The notes under the pieces: model-generated
Databases searched by the model: none
The model's input: the letters and a program-made list of their open reading frames with translations, nothing else
What the model was told of the DNA's origin: nothing
Shown: one piece after another, positions 1-12,052 of the stretch
Position numbering within the stretch: the first letter of the stretch is position 1
Layout of the letters: each line of letters opens with the position of its first letter
Assembly: GCF_001194135.2 (NCBI RefSeq)
Contig: NC_068989.1
Coordinates: forward strand, 94,045,992 to 94,109,991
Length of the DNA stretch: 64,000 nucleotides
Reading direction: 5' to 3'
Source: Octopus bimaculoides
Taxonomy: Eukaryota
Program-made: the position numbers and the translations under genes

Positions 1-53
1 GTAAGTTCTTATGCTATATTGGTAACGGTTGCTACATCCTCTGGGAAAAAAAT

Positions 54-91
<38 letters not shown>

Positions 92-130
92 GTGTGTGTG
101 TGTGTATGTGTGTCTGTCTGTCTGTCTGTC

Positions 131-225
131 TTTGCTGAAAAACAAGGTACACAGCCCGGTCCGGGATTCGAACTCACTACCTTATGATTTTGAGCCAGAC
201 GCTCTAACCACTGGGCAATGCACCT
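131..225 (-). mobile_element. tRNA-derived SINE 5' head
   Basis: Reverse complement reads GGTGCATTGCCCAGTGGTTAGAGCGTC (A box) ... GAGTTCGAATCCC (B box), followed by SINE body rather than a tRNA 3' arm. Confidence 0.8.
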
Positions 226-374
226 TTACTTATACATATGTAAGCGGAGGCGCATATATGTGTGTGTGTGTGTGNNNNNNNNNNNNNNNNNNNNNNNNNN
301 NNNNNNNNNNNNNNNNNNNNNNNNNNNNNNNNNNNNNNNNNNNNNNNNNNNNNNNNNNNNNNNNNNNNNNNNNN

Positions 375-635
375 ATGTATATTTTATATATATATTGTAT
401 ATATATTATATATATATATTTTATATATATATTGTATATATATTATATATATATTTTTTATATATATATTGTATATATATTATATATATATTTTATATAT
501 ATATTGTATATATATTATATATATATATTGTATATATATTATATATATATTTTATATATATATTGTATATATATTATATATATATTTTATATATATATTG
601 TATATATATTATATATATATATTATATATATATAT
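375..635. repeat. AT-rich compound minisatellite (about 35-37 bp unit)
   Basis: Repeated TATATTTTATATATATATTGTATATATATTATATA-like unit about 7 times, next to an N gap. Confidence 0.85.
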
Positions 636-959
636 CTTTTTTTTAAAGTTTCAGCTTAGAGCTGTGGCCATGCTGTTGCACCACCATGTAGCTACACTGT
701 TATTTCAGGGAGCCTCTTACAATATGTGGCATTTGGTGAAGAATGGAGTTTGATTTAGCAACCCTCATTTGCACCTCCTGCCGCGAGGTAGGTTCATCAG
801 GGACTCTATATATAACGAGAGTTAATGGTGTCAATACAACCCCAAATATCAGGTAATGCTGAGTAAGTGCTTTGGTAGACTATCGTTAAGCTCCGGGTTC
901 GGTGATTATGCGAATGAGGAGAACAACGTACGTCATGTATCAGCATGTATGTGTGTGTT

Positions 960-1005
<46 letters not shown>

Positions 1006-1014
1006 TGATGCTTT

Positions 1015-1062
1015 ATCATGGCTGCATTCAAATGACTGAAACAAGTAAAAGAATAAAAGAAT
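1015..1062 (+). mobile_element. OK-type SINE 3' tail fragment
   Basis: ATCATGGCTGCATTCAAATGACTGAAACAAGTAAAAGAATAAAAGAATA matches the 3' end of the full SINE at 34987-35381. Confidence 0.8.
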
Positions 1063-2819
1063 ATGATGGAATTGTTTCAGTTAGACATACACACATTTAT
1101 ATGTGTGTATGTATGTATATATATATATATATATATTTTGTTATACTTGAGCATGGTCATATTTAGCCATTTAAACACACGCACTATACATCTGGTTTTC
1201 ACGTCAGCTTTATTACTATTATTTTAGTTTCCAAGATATTTCGTTACACATGCTGTGTAACGCCTCACTATTCCACGTGTCACCTCTAGTTTTGCCTATT
1301 CCATTTTGTCTTTTTGCGGTATGTATCCCCATCTGCGCATGCGTGTACGTCTCTATCTGTGTCTATGCGTTTAGAATGTTTCTCGTGTGTGTACGCACAT
1401 GGTTCTGCTTACTATATCGTTTGTACCCATGTCTTTGTTGTTGAGATTTGTAGTAATGGTACACGTGACGAATGGAATAACCTAGTCACTGTCACTGTAA
1501 GTAAAGACAAGTAAGTGAAGTACTGGAGTACGTATTATGTGGTCAGAGGCAGTCGTGTCTTTACTGATTTTAGGAGGAAGTGTTATTATTCTATTCATGT
1601 TCTCTCTCGAGCTTTGATCAATTTTCTATTTCGTGTGTGACAACCGTAATCTGTCGTGTGAGTGTCGTGTCTGTTGTATGTGTCGATAATATCTTAACCT
1701 TTATATAATATATCTAGTCTACATGTTATAATTGAGCATGTTGGTAGAGAACTGACGAGCTTTTCTCCTGTTTGAATTTTCGACAGCGTTCGCTTTCCCC
1801 CTCAGCTATGCCACCTACTGTCTCCTCAATGTAAGACATTGTCCTATTTCTTACATCGTCCATTGGTACATATTATACTATAGACTACATTTTGCGGGAA
1901 TGTGACACCCAGTGTTGTTTTAGTGCTGTTAAAACCTATACCACGGTATTGAGAATCAAAATCATTATCTTTATACTTCAAGCATTCTGTAAAATCTCTA
2001 CAAAATATTTGAAATGAGAATTATGTGTGTAGTTATTTGTTAGTGTGCCTGTTATAGTACACACTTTTGCCGATGATTTTATTCCACTAGTTAATATTTT
2101 ATCTACTGAGTGCCAAGGCCAATTCGATGTTAAACGATAACATCTAAAGACAATTTGTATTATCTTGTTACTTTAGCAGTATGGCATTGCTAATACAAAA
2201 GGTTTTATAATATAAATATACACTATTGATAAATCTATTAACACTTTATAAATACATAAAACTGTATACTTCTAATGGATCACGTGATGAGAAATTAATT
2301 TATACAACTTCCTGTTTCTTGGGTTATGCTTTCCTCTCAGGCTTACAGTATAGTGTCAAATCCTGTAAGAATTATCTCTAAGAGTGAGTAAATACATTAC
2401 CCCACGGAAGACATTAACTTAATGATTTATGCATTAAGCATTCGTGTGTGGCAGAGATTTGACCCCTTTCTAGGGGCATGCGTTGGAAGACCCGACCTCA
2501 GAATAACGAACGTCCTTCAGTTTTGTGGTACCTCCTTACAATGATGTAATGTGTAATAGCTTCACGTTGCAACTGTTTGTAGCTTGGTCGTTTGGGTCGT
2601 TTGATTGTTGTAGTCTTTACTAAATGGCAGTATGTATAATTAGTGATAAAAGACAAATTGTCACTTTGTTGTAGACAGAACATGAAAATATGACTACTAG
2701 GTACTTCTATAGATTTATATTTTATTTCCGCTGTCATTATGAATCGATGTTTTCTAAATAAATAAACACAGCATAAGGATTAGTCAGAATGTACCCAACG
2801 ATACTTTGTCTACAAAAGC

Positions 2820-2960
2820 GACCATTTACGTTCTGAGTTCAAATCTCACCGAAGTCAACTTTATCTTTTACCTCTCCGTGGTTCATAAAATATAATTATA
2901 GTCAAGTGGTGATGTTGGTGGTATCAATAAACCCTTTCCCCAACTTTAAGGCGTTCTGCC
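2820..2960 (+). mobile_element. Degraded SINE fragment (same family as 4645-4858)
   Basis: TTACGTTCTGAGTTCAAATCTCACCGAAGTCAACTTT motif is shared with the other copies. Confidence 0.6.
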
Positions 2961-4249
2961 TATCTAAGAAACAATGTGTTATTGGGGGATAGCAGGATAA
3001 TTAACTTCTATTACATTCTCTCTCATAATAGAAGTGTTCAAATATTACAAAGATATTCTAGAAGAGTAAAGAATTTGCAGGACTTCTACCATTACACAAG
3101 TATATAGATACCTATCTCTTATATCTATAACTATTATAATTTCTTTATTTATTGTAATTTATGATATTTTATACTATTAGCAAAAACACAAATGGGCAAA
3201 TACCTTTCAGACAGATCACCGTTTTATATGAGTCATCCTGTATCCTCTGCAGTGCTTGGCAAAGATACCATATCGAAATAGATTTGGAACCTTACTTGAA
3301 CAAAGATTATATTTTGTATTGATATAAGCGATGAAAGCTCATATAGGATAATATATTTTGCGCGTTGTAATTAACATAACACTGTACGTAATAAAGACTA
3401 TAAATATAAGATCATCGTATTTTACTTCACACAACATTGGGACGAGAATATTTTGTACAAAATTGTATTTCATGAAATATTATGTCTTGTGATATCCTCC
3501 CTCCTTCCTCCCCCTCTCTCTCTCCCTCCCACTCATTCTTCTCCCCATCTTTCTGTATTTCTGTATTGGCTTGTGTGTGTTTAGATAACATGTTCCGTGA
3601 TATATTTTCGCTCTGAAATATATTTTGTTCTTGTGCTGAAACAGCGATACGTTAGCGTTAATATATTCTGAGAAACAGTTTTTCCTGATGAATTGATTGT
3701 TGTTTCTTATAGAAATTAACAACATAAATTAGATAAATATATCTATACGATTCTCGGAAATTTAGTGATTATCTCTGTTCTGCGGTATTAACTTGATGTG
3801 AGATAAACAATAACACTCCGGGGAGATAGTTTATCAAAGATATTCTTCCCAGAGCATTCGAGAAGTAATCCCCTCAACCTAGTGAACGGTAAAAGGTAAT
3901 ATGCAGTGTCCTTCACATATGCAGAACGAAGCATCTTTAGCAACTTGTTATAAGATCAACCGTTGAGCAGATTTGTGTTGCCGCCTTATCGCGTAATTAT
4001 AAATTCGATTAGATCTGATTACTGATACATATGATTATATACGCTTGTTTAATACAAAAGTAAGCAAATATCTCGTTGAATTTGTTATCATTTACATCAT
4101 TCTTGTCAATCTAAGCCTGCAACTGATACGTCTACGAAGCCACTGTGAATGCACATACGCGTTTGCAAACAACAACACTTCAAATAAGATTGGTATTTTC
4201 AATTTTAAGACATGCTGAAGACATCACGTGCACACATACACCTTACGCT

Positions 4250-4495
4250 CGATAATCTAATTTATTATGGCTGTTATAATTTCTATATTCGCCTTGATTG
4301 ATCGCTAGCCACTAAACCTGTTTTCTTTTTTACTCCCTCTGATTATATCTGTTTCCTTTCTGTCGAAGAGCGTAGGCTCGAAAGGTACAAGACTTTCTCA
4401 CTTCCCGACCGTTAAACTAATACATCTGTTTGTTGTCTACACACCCGGCTTCGTCTTTTGTTTTGTTGGTTCTTTTTTGTAAATTCCAACTATAA
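4250..4495 (+). mobile_element. Penelope-like (PLE) UTR-type fragment with degenerate minimal hammerhead
   Basis: CTGTCGA-A-GAGC(GTAG)GCTC-GAAA-GGTA at 4360-4387 has the architecture of minimal PLE hammerheads; family assignment is inferred. Confidence 0.5.
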
Positions 4496-4644
4496 TTTCT
4501 ATATCCCAAATTATTTACGGTTTTTATGCCAAACAATATTTTGTCAAACAATACTTTCCTGATAGACCATTGTTCAATGTTTACTATGATTAGATTCAGT
4601 CGATATCGAATCGACAATTCAACTTACTCTACGTAATATCCGGC

Positions 4645-4858
4645 GTGGAGAAGGCGGCGAGCTGGAAGAATCGGTCGAAACGCTTAGCAGTATTTCGATT
4701 GGCTTTTAGTTCTGAATTCAAATTTCACCGCGGTCCACTTTGCCTTTCATCCTTTCGAGGCCTATAAAATAAGTTCCCGTTGTGCACTTGGGTCGATGTA
4801 ATCGACTTAAACCATCTCCAGAAATTGTTGGCCTTGTGCCAAAATTTGAAACCAATAC
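4645..4858 (+). mobile_element. tRNA-derived SINE (OR-type), near full length
   Basis: GGCGGCGAGCTGG(A)AGAATCG head, GTTCTGAATTCAAAT B-box-like, conserved body, and TGGCCTTGTGCCAAAATTTGAAACCAATA tail shared with 18984, 23074 and 51584. Confidence 0.85.
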
Positions 4859-6039
4859 CACGCGTTTATAAAAGAGAATTAAAATGAATCCCTTTCTTTA
4901 CCCGGTTTCTAAACTTTGTGTATCTTTCCGAAATCAATATTAAACAAGACTGCAATAGCATATTGCTGAATCTTTAAAGTTTCCCGTTATACCTTCCTCA
5001 AAATAGCAGCAATCTCTTCCGCAGGTTCTTTTATTTAGACTGAGGTATTATCTGGAAATTTAATTTCCGTTTGGCATTGTATTTTCATAGGAAGTAAAAG
5101 TTTATTTTTCAAGAAGACATTACATGTAGCATTTTCTGTATTACGAGACCAAATAATAGCAATGTTGCATATAATGGATGTCTTACTGTATGTGCAACTT
5201 TGCTCTGAGAAATACGATATTCCTATGGCTTCGTAAGAAGCTAACATGCGTATGTTTACTCATAACTAATCGGGATTATCTCGACTTTTACACAGACATT
5301 AGGGACGCAAAGAAGAAAATGTAATACAAACATAATATTACGAAAACAATTTCTCCCTGTAATAAATGTAACACAGTCTCATTTCAAGCGACTGGTGTAT
5401 TAGAATGTTATAAAATGGCTGTCAAAAGTGTAAACCTATCAAGACAAGTAGATTTAGGCTCCCGTCAAAATATAATTTTCTTATTCTGGAACTCTGATAT
5501 TAGTCTAATTCAAACGGTGTGTCCTGTCTTAAAAGACAACCACCTTCGAATTCGTTGGTGAGTTCAATTCAGCTACATTTGATACAGCGAGGAACTTATT
5601 AAACATCATTAGCCATAGTGTCAGTCTTCTTTTCGTCCAGCCTTTATACACTTCTGCAATTTTCAAAAGAGGATATTATGAAGTATTTAATGAGAAAGCC
5701 AGTGATAAAAGAATCATCACTAAGATGTTAATTGAGAATTTGATAGCGCGGATGATTTCCCAAATATTGTCATTCAGCAATTAAGTACTATATGTTATTA
5801 GAAACCTAGCGATGAATGGCAGAAATAATGCTCTTGTGGTCAGTGGGCAATTTAATAAATTCAGAATCTTTGATATTCATCAGGTATTAAATCGTGTAGA
5901 ATTTAGAAATTTACAAGATAACACAAAATTGAATTTCTTGTTGGAAAATGTATTAATTACGTAAGAATAAGTATCAGACGTACACGGATAGCCATAGCTA
6001 TGTTCTAGTTTCCTTCGAATATAGTTTACAAATATAATC

Positions 6040-6195
6040 CTATATATGATGGAGCAAGATGTACTCAGACCAACTAAGGCGAATAACATTCTGGATCTCC
6101 CCTTCACGAACAATATGGACATCATTCATGATATGAAACTGACGCCGATATTAATCTCGGATCACAATATAATAGAGCTGTCTATGTTTGGGCTG
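6040..6195 (+). mobile_element. CR1/L2-type LINE APE endonuclease relic
   Basis: Translation EQDVLRPTKANNILDLPFTNNMDII...ISDHNII matches the PTR..NILDL.FTN...SDH motif of CR1-group endonucleases. Confidence 0.8.
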
Positions 6196-6599
6196 AAAGT
6201 AGCCAGAGACATACAGCCTAAAGGAAGCATCCGAAATCTCTCCAATCTGCAGACTGGAAATCGATCTAAAAAGAGATACTCAGGGAGGACTGGCCGAAAT
6301 GTCTCTCCAGACATTGACATGAAACTGTTGTGCAAGCCATATGCCAGAAATATGTCCCAGAGCACAAGGCCAAAGCAGATAGGAACAAGATATACACACA
6401 CATGTATATATAAATTGTTCTTATGTTCAGTTACGGTTACTCTATGCTTTTGTAGGCGACATATTGGTATAATGTTAAAAAGAGTGGGGCCAATTGAGCT
6501 GAAATAATTGTGCTGTATTGTTGTTATGAGATGCGAGTGTTATTTACGTTGTGTGGATAACAAGGAACCCAAGTTTTGGGTGTATCTTAAAGGAGATGC

Positions 6600-6900
6600 C
6601 AACATATTTCGGCAATGCTGATGGAATAGTTTCCACATCATGCCGATAATGTAGCACTCAAGATGACGTTGGAGAGAATAAAACTTGAGCTTCTCTTGTC
6701 GACCCCAATAGTCAAGGCCTACCATGCCAGCTGTCTTTTTATTAATTGACCTTTCATGTCACTTTGTTTCGTGTGAGTATACCACAGTAGACAACAGTAT
6801 TCAAGGTGGAGTCGGGAAAATGTGGAGAAAAGAAGGATAATGGTGTGGATGTCTCTCGACTGGAAAGTTCTGAGAATCCAGCAAAACATTCTACGGGCCA
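6600..6900 (-). mobile_element. CR1/L2-type LINE RT C-terminal relic (inverted)
   Basis: WILRTFQSR...LHLEYCCLLW and GLDYWGRQEKLKFYSLQRHLECYII match the LEYC..W.P and LSYWERL..L.LYSL.RRRERY motifs. Confidence 0.8.
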
Positions 6901-8775
6901 TGTGAACTTTGCTGTTTATATGAGCAGCCTAGCTCATTNNNNNNNNNNTCATTTTGCTGTCCACAATTACTTCCATGTATATATATATATATATGTATAT
7001 GTATGTGTGTGTGTGTATAAACCAAGAACTCTCCCGTCGTTAGACGACGTATCATGGTTCGGCTTCTTCTTCCCGAACAACCACATGTATACACATTTCA
7101 TTACTTCAACAATTATTTGCACTTTACAATGAATCTACAAATACTTCTGTAAGATTTCACATACATCACAAAAATTTATAATGAACATGCAAACAAAGAA
7201 TGCTTAACAACGAAAATAAATATTTCCTTAAGTTTCCTCCTCTGGATAACGTCCAAAATACAATCATATGTTATAAAGAATGCCAAATAATAGTTGTCAA
7301 AATATCTAGCTATATTTATGTTCACCTTATCGAGTATACATCTACAAAAATGAATATGATTTATTAAAAAATGCTATCATTTTCGTCTATTATATCTAAG
7401 CATGAGACTACAACTACAAATATGTGCAGTAGGTTAAAATTAATCAAAAAATACAATTACTGAAAAGAAAAGTAATATTTGAAAAGTGAAATAGTAATAA
7501 TATTTCTTTAAGAAATAATAGATGCTTGAAGCCAAAGTCATAAATTTCAAGTTTTACAATTATATAAAAAAAAAACTTCAAACAAAAATATATTCCATAT
7601 TGGTGAATTTATCCAAAGAAAATACAATGTACTAAATTATAGAACAAATACACAAAACACACGCGAAAAAATAACCATACATGACAAGACAATAGATCAG
7701 CTGGTATGATGCATCATTCATCTGAAGATCATTGTCATATGTTTCTCAACAACATCATTTATTTTTATGTTTATATTTTTACATTGAAACACATAGATAC
7801 ATGCCTATATAGTTAAAGATAAATCGATATTCTTACGCACATATCTGCACACATACATGTGTAACTAAAGAGACAGACATATATAGAATGGTTTACTTAG
7901 TTCCTTGCTTATACACACATACACACACACACACACATGTNNNNNNNNNNNNNNNNNNNNNNNNNNNNNNNNNNNNNNNNNNNNNNNNNNNNNNNNNNNN
8001 NNNNNNNNNNNNNNNNNNNNNNNNNNNNNNNNNNNNNNNNNNNNNNNNNNNNNNNNNNNNNNNNNNNNNNNNNNNNNNNNNNNNNNNNNNNNNNNNNNNN
8101 NNNNNNNNNNNNNNNNNNNNNNNNNNNNNNNNNNNNNNNNNNNNNNNNNNNNNNNNNNNNNNNNNNNNNNNNNNNNNNNNNNNNNNNNNNNNNNNNNNNN
8201 NNNNNNNNNNNNNNNNNNNNNNNNNNNNNNNNNNNNNNNNNNNNNNNNNNNNNNNNNNNNNNNNNNNNNNNNNNNNNNNNNNNNNNNNNNNNNNNNNNNN
8301 NNNNNNNNNNNNNNNNNNNNNNNNNNNNNNNNNNNNNNNNNNNNNNNNNNNNNNNNNNNNNNNNNNNNNNNNNNNNNNNNNNNNNNNNNNNNNNNNNNNN
8401 NNNNNNNNNNNNNNNNNNNNNNNNNNNNNNNNNNNNNNNNNNNNNNNNNNNNNNNNNNNNNNNNNNNNNNNNNNNNNNNNNNNNNNNNNNNNNNNNNNNN
8501 NNNNNNNNNNNNNNNNNNNNNNNNNNNNNNNNNNNNNNNNNNNNNNNNNNNNNNNNNNNNNNNNNNNNNNNNNNNNNNNNNNNNNNNNNNNNNNNNNNNN
8601 NNNNNNNNNNNNNNNNNNNNNNNNNNNNNNNNNNNNNNNNNNNNNNNNNNNNNNNNNNNNNNNNNNNNNNNNNNNNNNNNNNNNNNNNNNNNNNNNNNNN
8701 NNNNNNNNNNNNNNNNNNNNNNNNNNNNNNNNNNNNNNNNNNNNNNNNNNNNNNNNNNNNNNNNNNNNNNNNNNG

Positions 8776-8870
8776 GAAGTACGAGGGGGGAAAAGGAGAT
8801 ACGTAGTAGTAACAGAGGAAGAACGAGAGGGGTAAAGCGAGATACGTAGTAGTAAAGAGGAAGAACAATG
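8776..8870. repeat. About 42-bp purine-rich minisatellite abutting an 835-N gap
   Basis: GAGATACGTAGTAGTAA(C)AGAGGAAGAAC occurs twice, with a partial third unit at the gap edge. Confidence 0.7.
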
Positions 8871-9037
8871 ATAGAGGAAGAGAAAGAGATAGAGTAGCGT
8901 CGGAAAATATAAAGTTACGAAAACTACTTACAATTGGAGACGCTGCGTTAAGTCATGTAAAAACAAATAGTAAATGAGTATATGCATATATACGCACAGG
9001 TATGTGCATACCGACATCCATCTCTATGTATAGGTGC

Positions 9038-9067
<30 letters not shown>

Positions 9068-9071
<4 letters not shown>

Positions 9072-9310
9072 GACCGCAACTGTTCAGCACTCTACTAAAC
9101 AACCTCACAGGTTTGTGAGGTGTGGATGTGGACATCTTCAAAAAGCATTTGGACATATTTCTATCTGAAATCTCAGTTTAATCCTCGTCTCGAGAGAAGA
9201 CACAAAGAAGAGCGGCTGCAATCTACTGGCGTCTTCACCAAAAATTGTACAGAAACAGACCCAAATACACTGAATGTCGCTGCTCCAGCATTTGGCTGAA
9301 TCTAAACAAG
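9068..9310 (+). mobile_element. CR1/L2-type LINE 3' end
   Basis: Encodes degenerate PQLF..L...GL.G.DVDIFKKHLDIFLSEI, like the GPQLFN.LP...FK..LD..L...PDEP terminus. Confidence 0.7.
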
Positions 9311-9808
9311 TAGACAAAGAAAAACTTTATCACATCTTTAATCATCAGTTACAGTTGTTTCTATACTAACTCTACTTTCAACTCCAGTTCACACAAAATT
9401 TCACAATGAAAATCTACGTAATATTTGCGGTTTGTAATATTAAAATGACACGTCGTATGACATGCGATAGAGCTATGATCTTACATTGTGCGCACATTGT
9501 AAGAGCGCACCTTTGATTTATAAACTTTCATTTCTGATTTTTGTGTGACCGGGCGTTGAAAGGAGTGTTCGTACAGAAACAGCTGTAACTGAGCATTACA
9601 AATATGTTAAAGTCGGTCTTTATCCTCTTATTTGGATTATATTTTTTGTGTTCGCTAAATCCACACAATAATTTTACATTTGCGACACCTGTATTTTCTG
9701 CACCTGAAGAATTATTTCGATATTAATCCTTAATCTGGCAGATTAGATAACCTAAAACTTGGGTTATATGCTGCACTTGATATATCCTATCGTTACAATC
9801 CTTGCAGG

Positions 9809-9853
<45 letters not shown>

Positions 9854-10191
9854 NNNNNNNNNNGCATATATATTTATGTATGTAAGTATGTATGTATGTA
9901 TATATATATATATATGTATGTAAGTATGTATATATATATATATATACATATACACACGTTCATGTATTTGTTTTGCATTTGTATTCGTCAGTGCTCTACA
10001 AACATGTGCAATTAGAATATAGGGGCTCTGTTAATAACATATATGTAAAAATATTATTAATACATAGAACAGACATGAGACTTACAGTGATAACAGAGGC
10101 CACTCACACAGTAAGAGACAAACCGAGCCTCAACAGAAACCATGAAGGCTTATAATAACATTCAAGAAGCAAAAACACAGATACAAACGTA

Positions 10192-10477
10192 CGTTGTCTG
10201 AACAATAGATATCCGGACTGTTGCCATAGTAACGAAGCTAAAGCACGTAAAGTAAAGCCGCTTGTCACAGGTTGACCGTGAACTCTTTTGTGGATGTGCA
10301 CTTTTGTGGATGTGAAACTTCTAGCCCACCTTCAGTGTTCACAGCAGTGCTTAGAAAGGTGTGTTGTGTGTGATCATCGCATTGAACATGACAGAAAAAA
10401 TCGAGCAGAAAATCTGCATCAAATTTTCCAAAATCTTGTCAATACCTGCTCAGAGGCCTACGCAAAATTTTCAAAAC
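10192..10477 (+). mobile_element. Mariner transposon 5' end with truncated transposase start
   Basis: TA at 10190-10191, then a TIR-like start; ATG at 10388 gives MTEKIEQKICIKF and, after a frameshift, QNLVNTCSEAYAKF (mariner N-terminal EQR.CIKFC..LG...SE motif). Confidence 0.8.
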
Positions 10478-10601
10478 TTCCAGGAATGTTCTGATGTTTT
10501 TCTGTGAAGTTCCGAGGAGTGCCTGCAATGTTCCGTGGACTACCTTTCCAAAAAGTTCCGGGGATTGTCTGGAAAGTTCCGGGGGATTGCCTGGAAAATT
10601 C
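10476..10601. repeat. Left block of (TTC)CTGGAAAGTTCC repeat array (about 5 units of 21-26 bp)
   Basis: CTGGAAAGTTCCGGGGATTGT-like units, same as those at 11298-11370. Confidence 0.85.
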
Positions 10602-11297
10602 ATACATATATACATGCACGACTACACTATCAATATTGTCTAGATTCCAATGTGTTTTGTTTCAAGACAAGAAACCGGAACTCTTTACCTTGATGGGAAA
10701 TTCGAAAATTAAACCAATAACGAACCTACTAATTTGAATATTATACTAAAATCATTGAGACATATATATATATTTCATTAATACACTTTTATGTTTAATT
10801 AACAATCTGGAATAATCTTGAGTTTTCAGGTAAAAAGAGACTGACTTTAGTCTGCAAATTCTGTGAGCATAACAGTAAAAATATGCAATTTTTTTTTAAA
10901 ATTAAGTAAATCATTCTATCCCGATCTTTTCTGAAATTCAATGATGGGGTTTCGTGTCTTAGAAAACGAGTTATTTTTTTCTTCTTTTTCATGTGAGTTC
11001 AGAGTTAAAAGGCTAAAGAACGGCTCATTTACTTAGACACGGATATATGCTTCGTGTAGCAATACATAATATTTGCTTCATACATACTTTTCTACGATGC
11101 ATACACACACACACACACACACAAACATACATACACATTTATTTACATACATATCTACATACATACTTACATATCTAAATGCAAACATACATTGATACTT
11201 ATCTATATACATACATAGACACACATACATACATTTGGAAACCTACTATCACAATAGACACGTATCCTCCTTATCTCTTTCTACCTTACACACACAG

Positions 11298-12052
11298 TTC
11301 CGGGTATTGCCTGGAAAGATCCGGGGATTGTCTGGAAAGTTCAGCGGATTTCCTGGAAAGTTTCGAGGTTTTTCAGGAAATTTCTGAGGATGAGCTACTT
11401 CCTGGAATGTGACTTCCTGGAAAATTTCGAGGACTTTTCGGGAAAGTTGCGAGGATAAGCTACTTCCTGGAAAGTTCCTGGAATGTAATTCCCTGGAAAG
11501 TTCCGATGATTTCCTGGAGAGTTCTGGGGATGTGCCTTCCTGGAAATTTCCCCGACTTCCTGGAAAGTTCCTAGAGCCTCCTGGAAAGTTCCAATGATTT
11601 CCTGGAGAGTTTCAAAGTTGAACTAATGTTTGGAAATTTTCGATGGCACTTTCTAGAAAATTTCGAAGATGAGCTACTTCCTGGATTGTTTCGAAGAGGG
11701 GCGAATTACTTCATGGACAGGTCCGAGGAGAGGGATTACATCCTGCAGTGTTCCGAGGTGTGGTTGCGAATTAACATTCTGGAAAGTTCCGAAGAGGGGA
11801 AATAATTACTTCCTGGAAAGTTCCGAGGAGGGGAGAAATTACTTCCTGGAAAGTTCCAAAGATTTGGAGGAGGGAAGGAATTACTTCCTGTAAAGTTTCA
11901 AGCTAGGGAAGGAAGGGTGGAATTACTTCAAGAAAGTTCCAAGCAGGGTGAAGAAGGGGAGGAGTTATTTCCTGGAAAGTTCCAAGGAAGCGGAGGAATG
12001 GAAGGAATTACTTCCTGGAAAGTTCCGGAGGGGAGGAATTATTTCCTGAAAA
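11298..12052. repeat. Main (TTC)CTGGAAAGTTCC array, about 27 units with variable spacers; HSE/STAT-like motif cluster
   Basis: About 11 exact TTCCTGGAA palindromes by eye; perfect TTCnnGAAnnTTC at 11372-11384, 11777-11789 and 11927-11939. Confidence 0.9.

Noticed and set aside
131-225. tRNA genes (here and at the other A/B-box hits)
   Set aside because: No complete cloverleaf; each continues into a SINE body
96-753. Long ORFs rich in Y/I/C/V/X (also at 7888-8868, 16471-16867, 19357-19943, 21895-22777, 30336-31266, 37626-38395, 40507-40932, 47170-47466, 59839-60052)
   Set aside because: They are translations of N gaps and (AT)n/(AC)n/(GT)n microsatellites
801-852. Possible exon GTLYITRVNGVNTTPNI ending at cag/gtaatg
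   Set aside because: Weak acceptor lying at the edge of an interspersed repeat
11298-12052. CRISPR array
   Set aside because: Eukaryotic context, no cas genes, spacers are mutually related and vary widely in length
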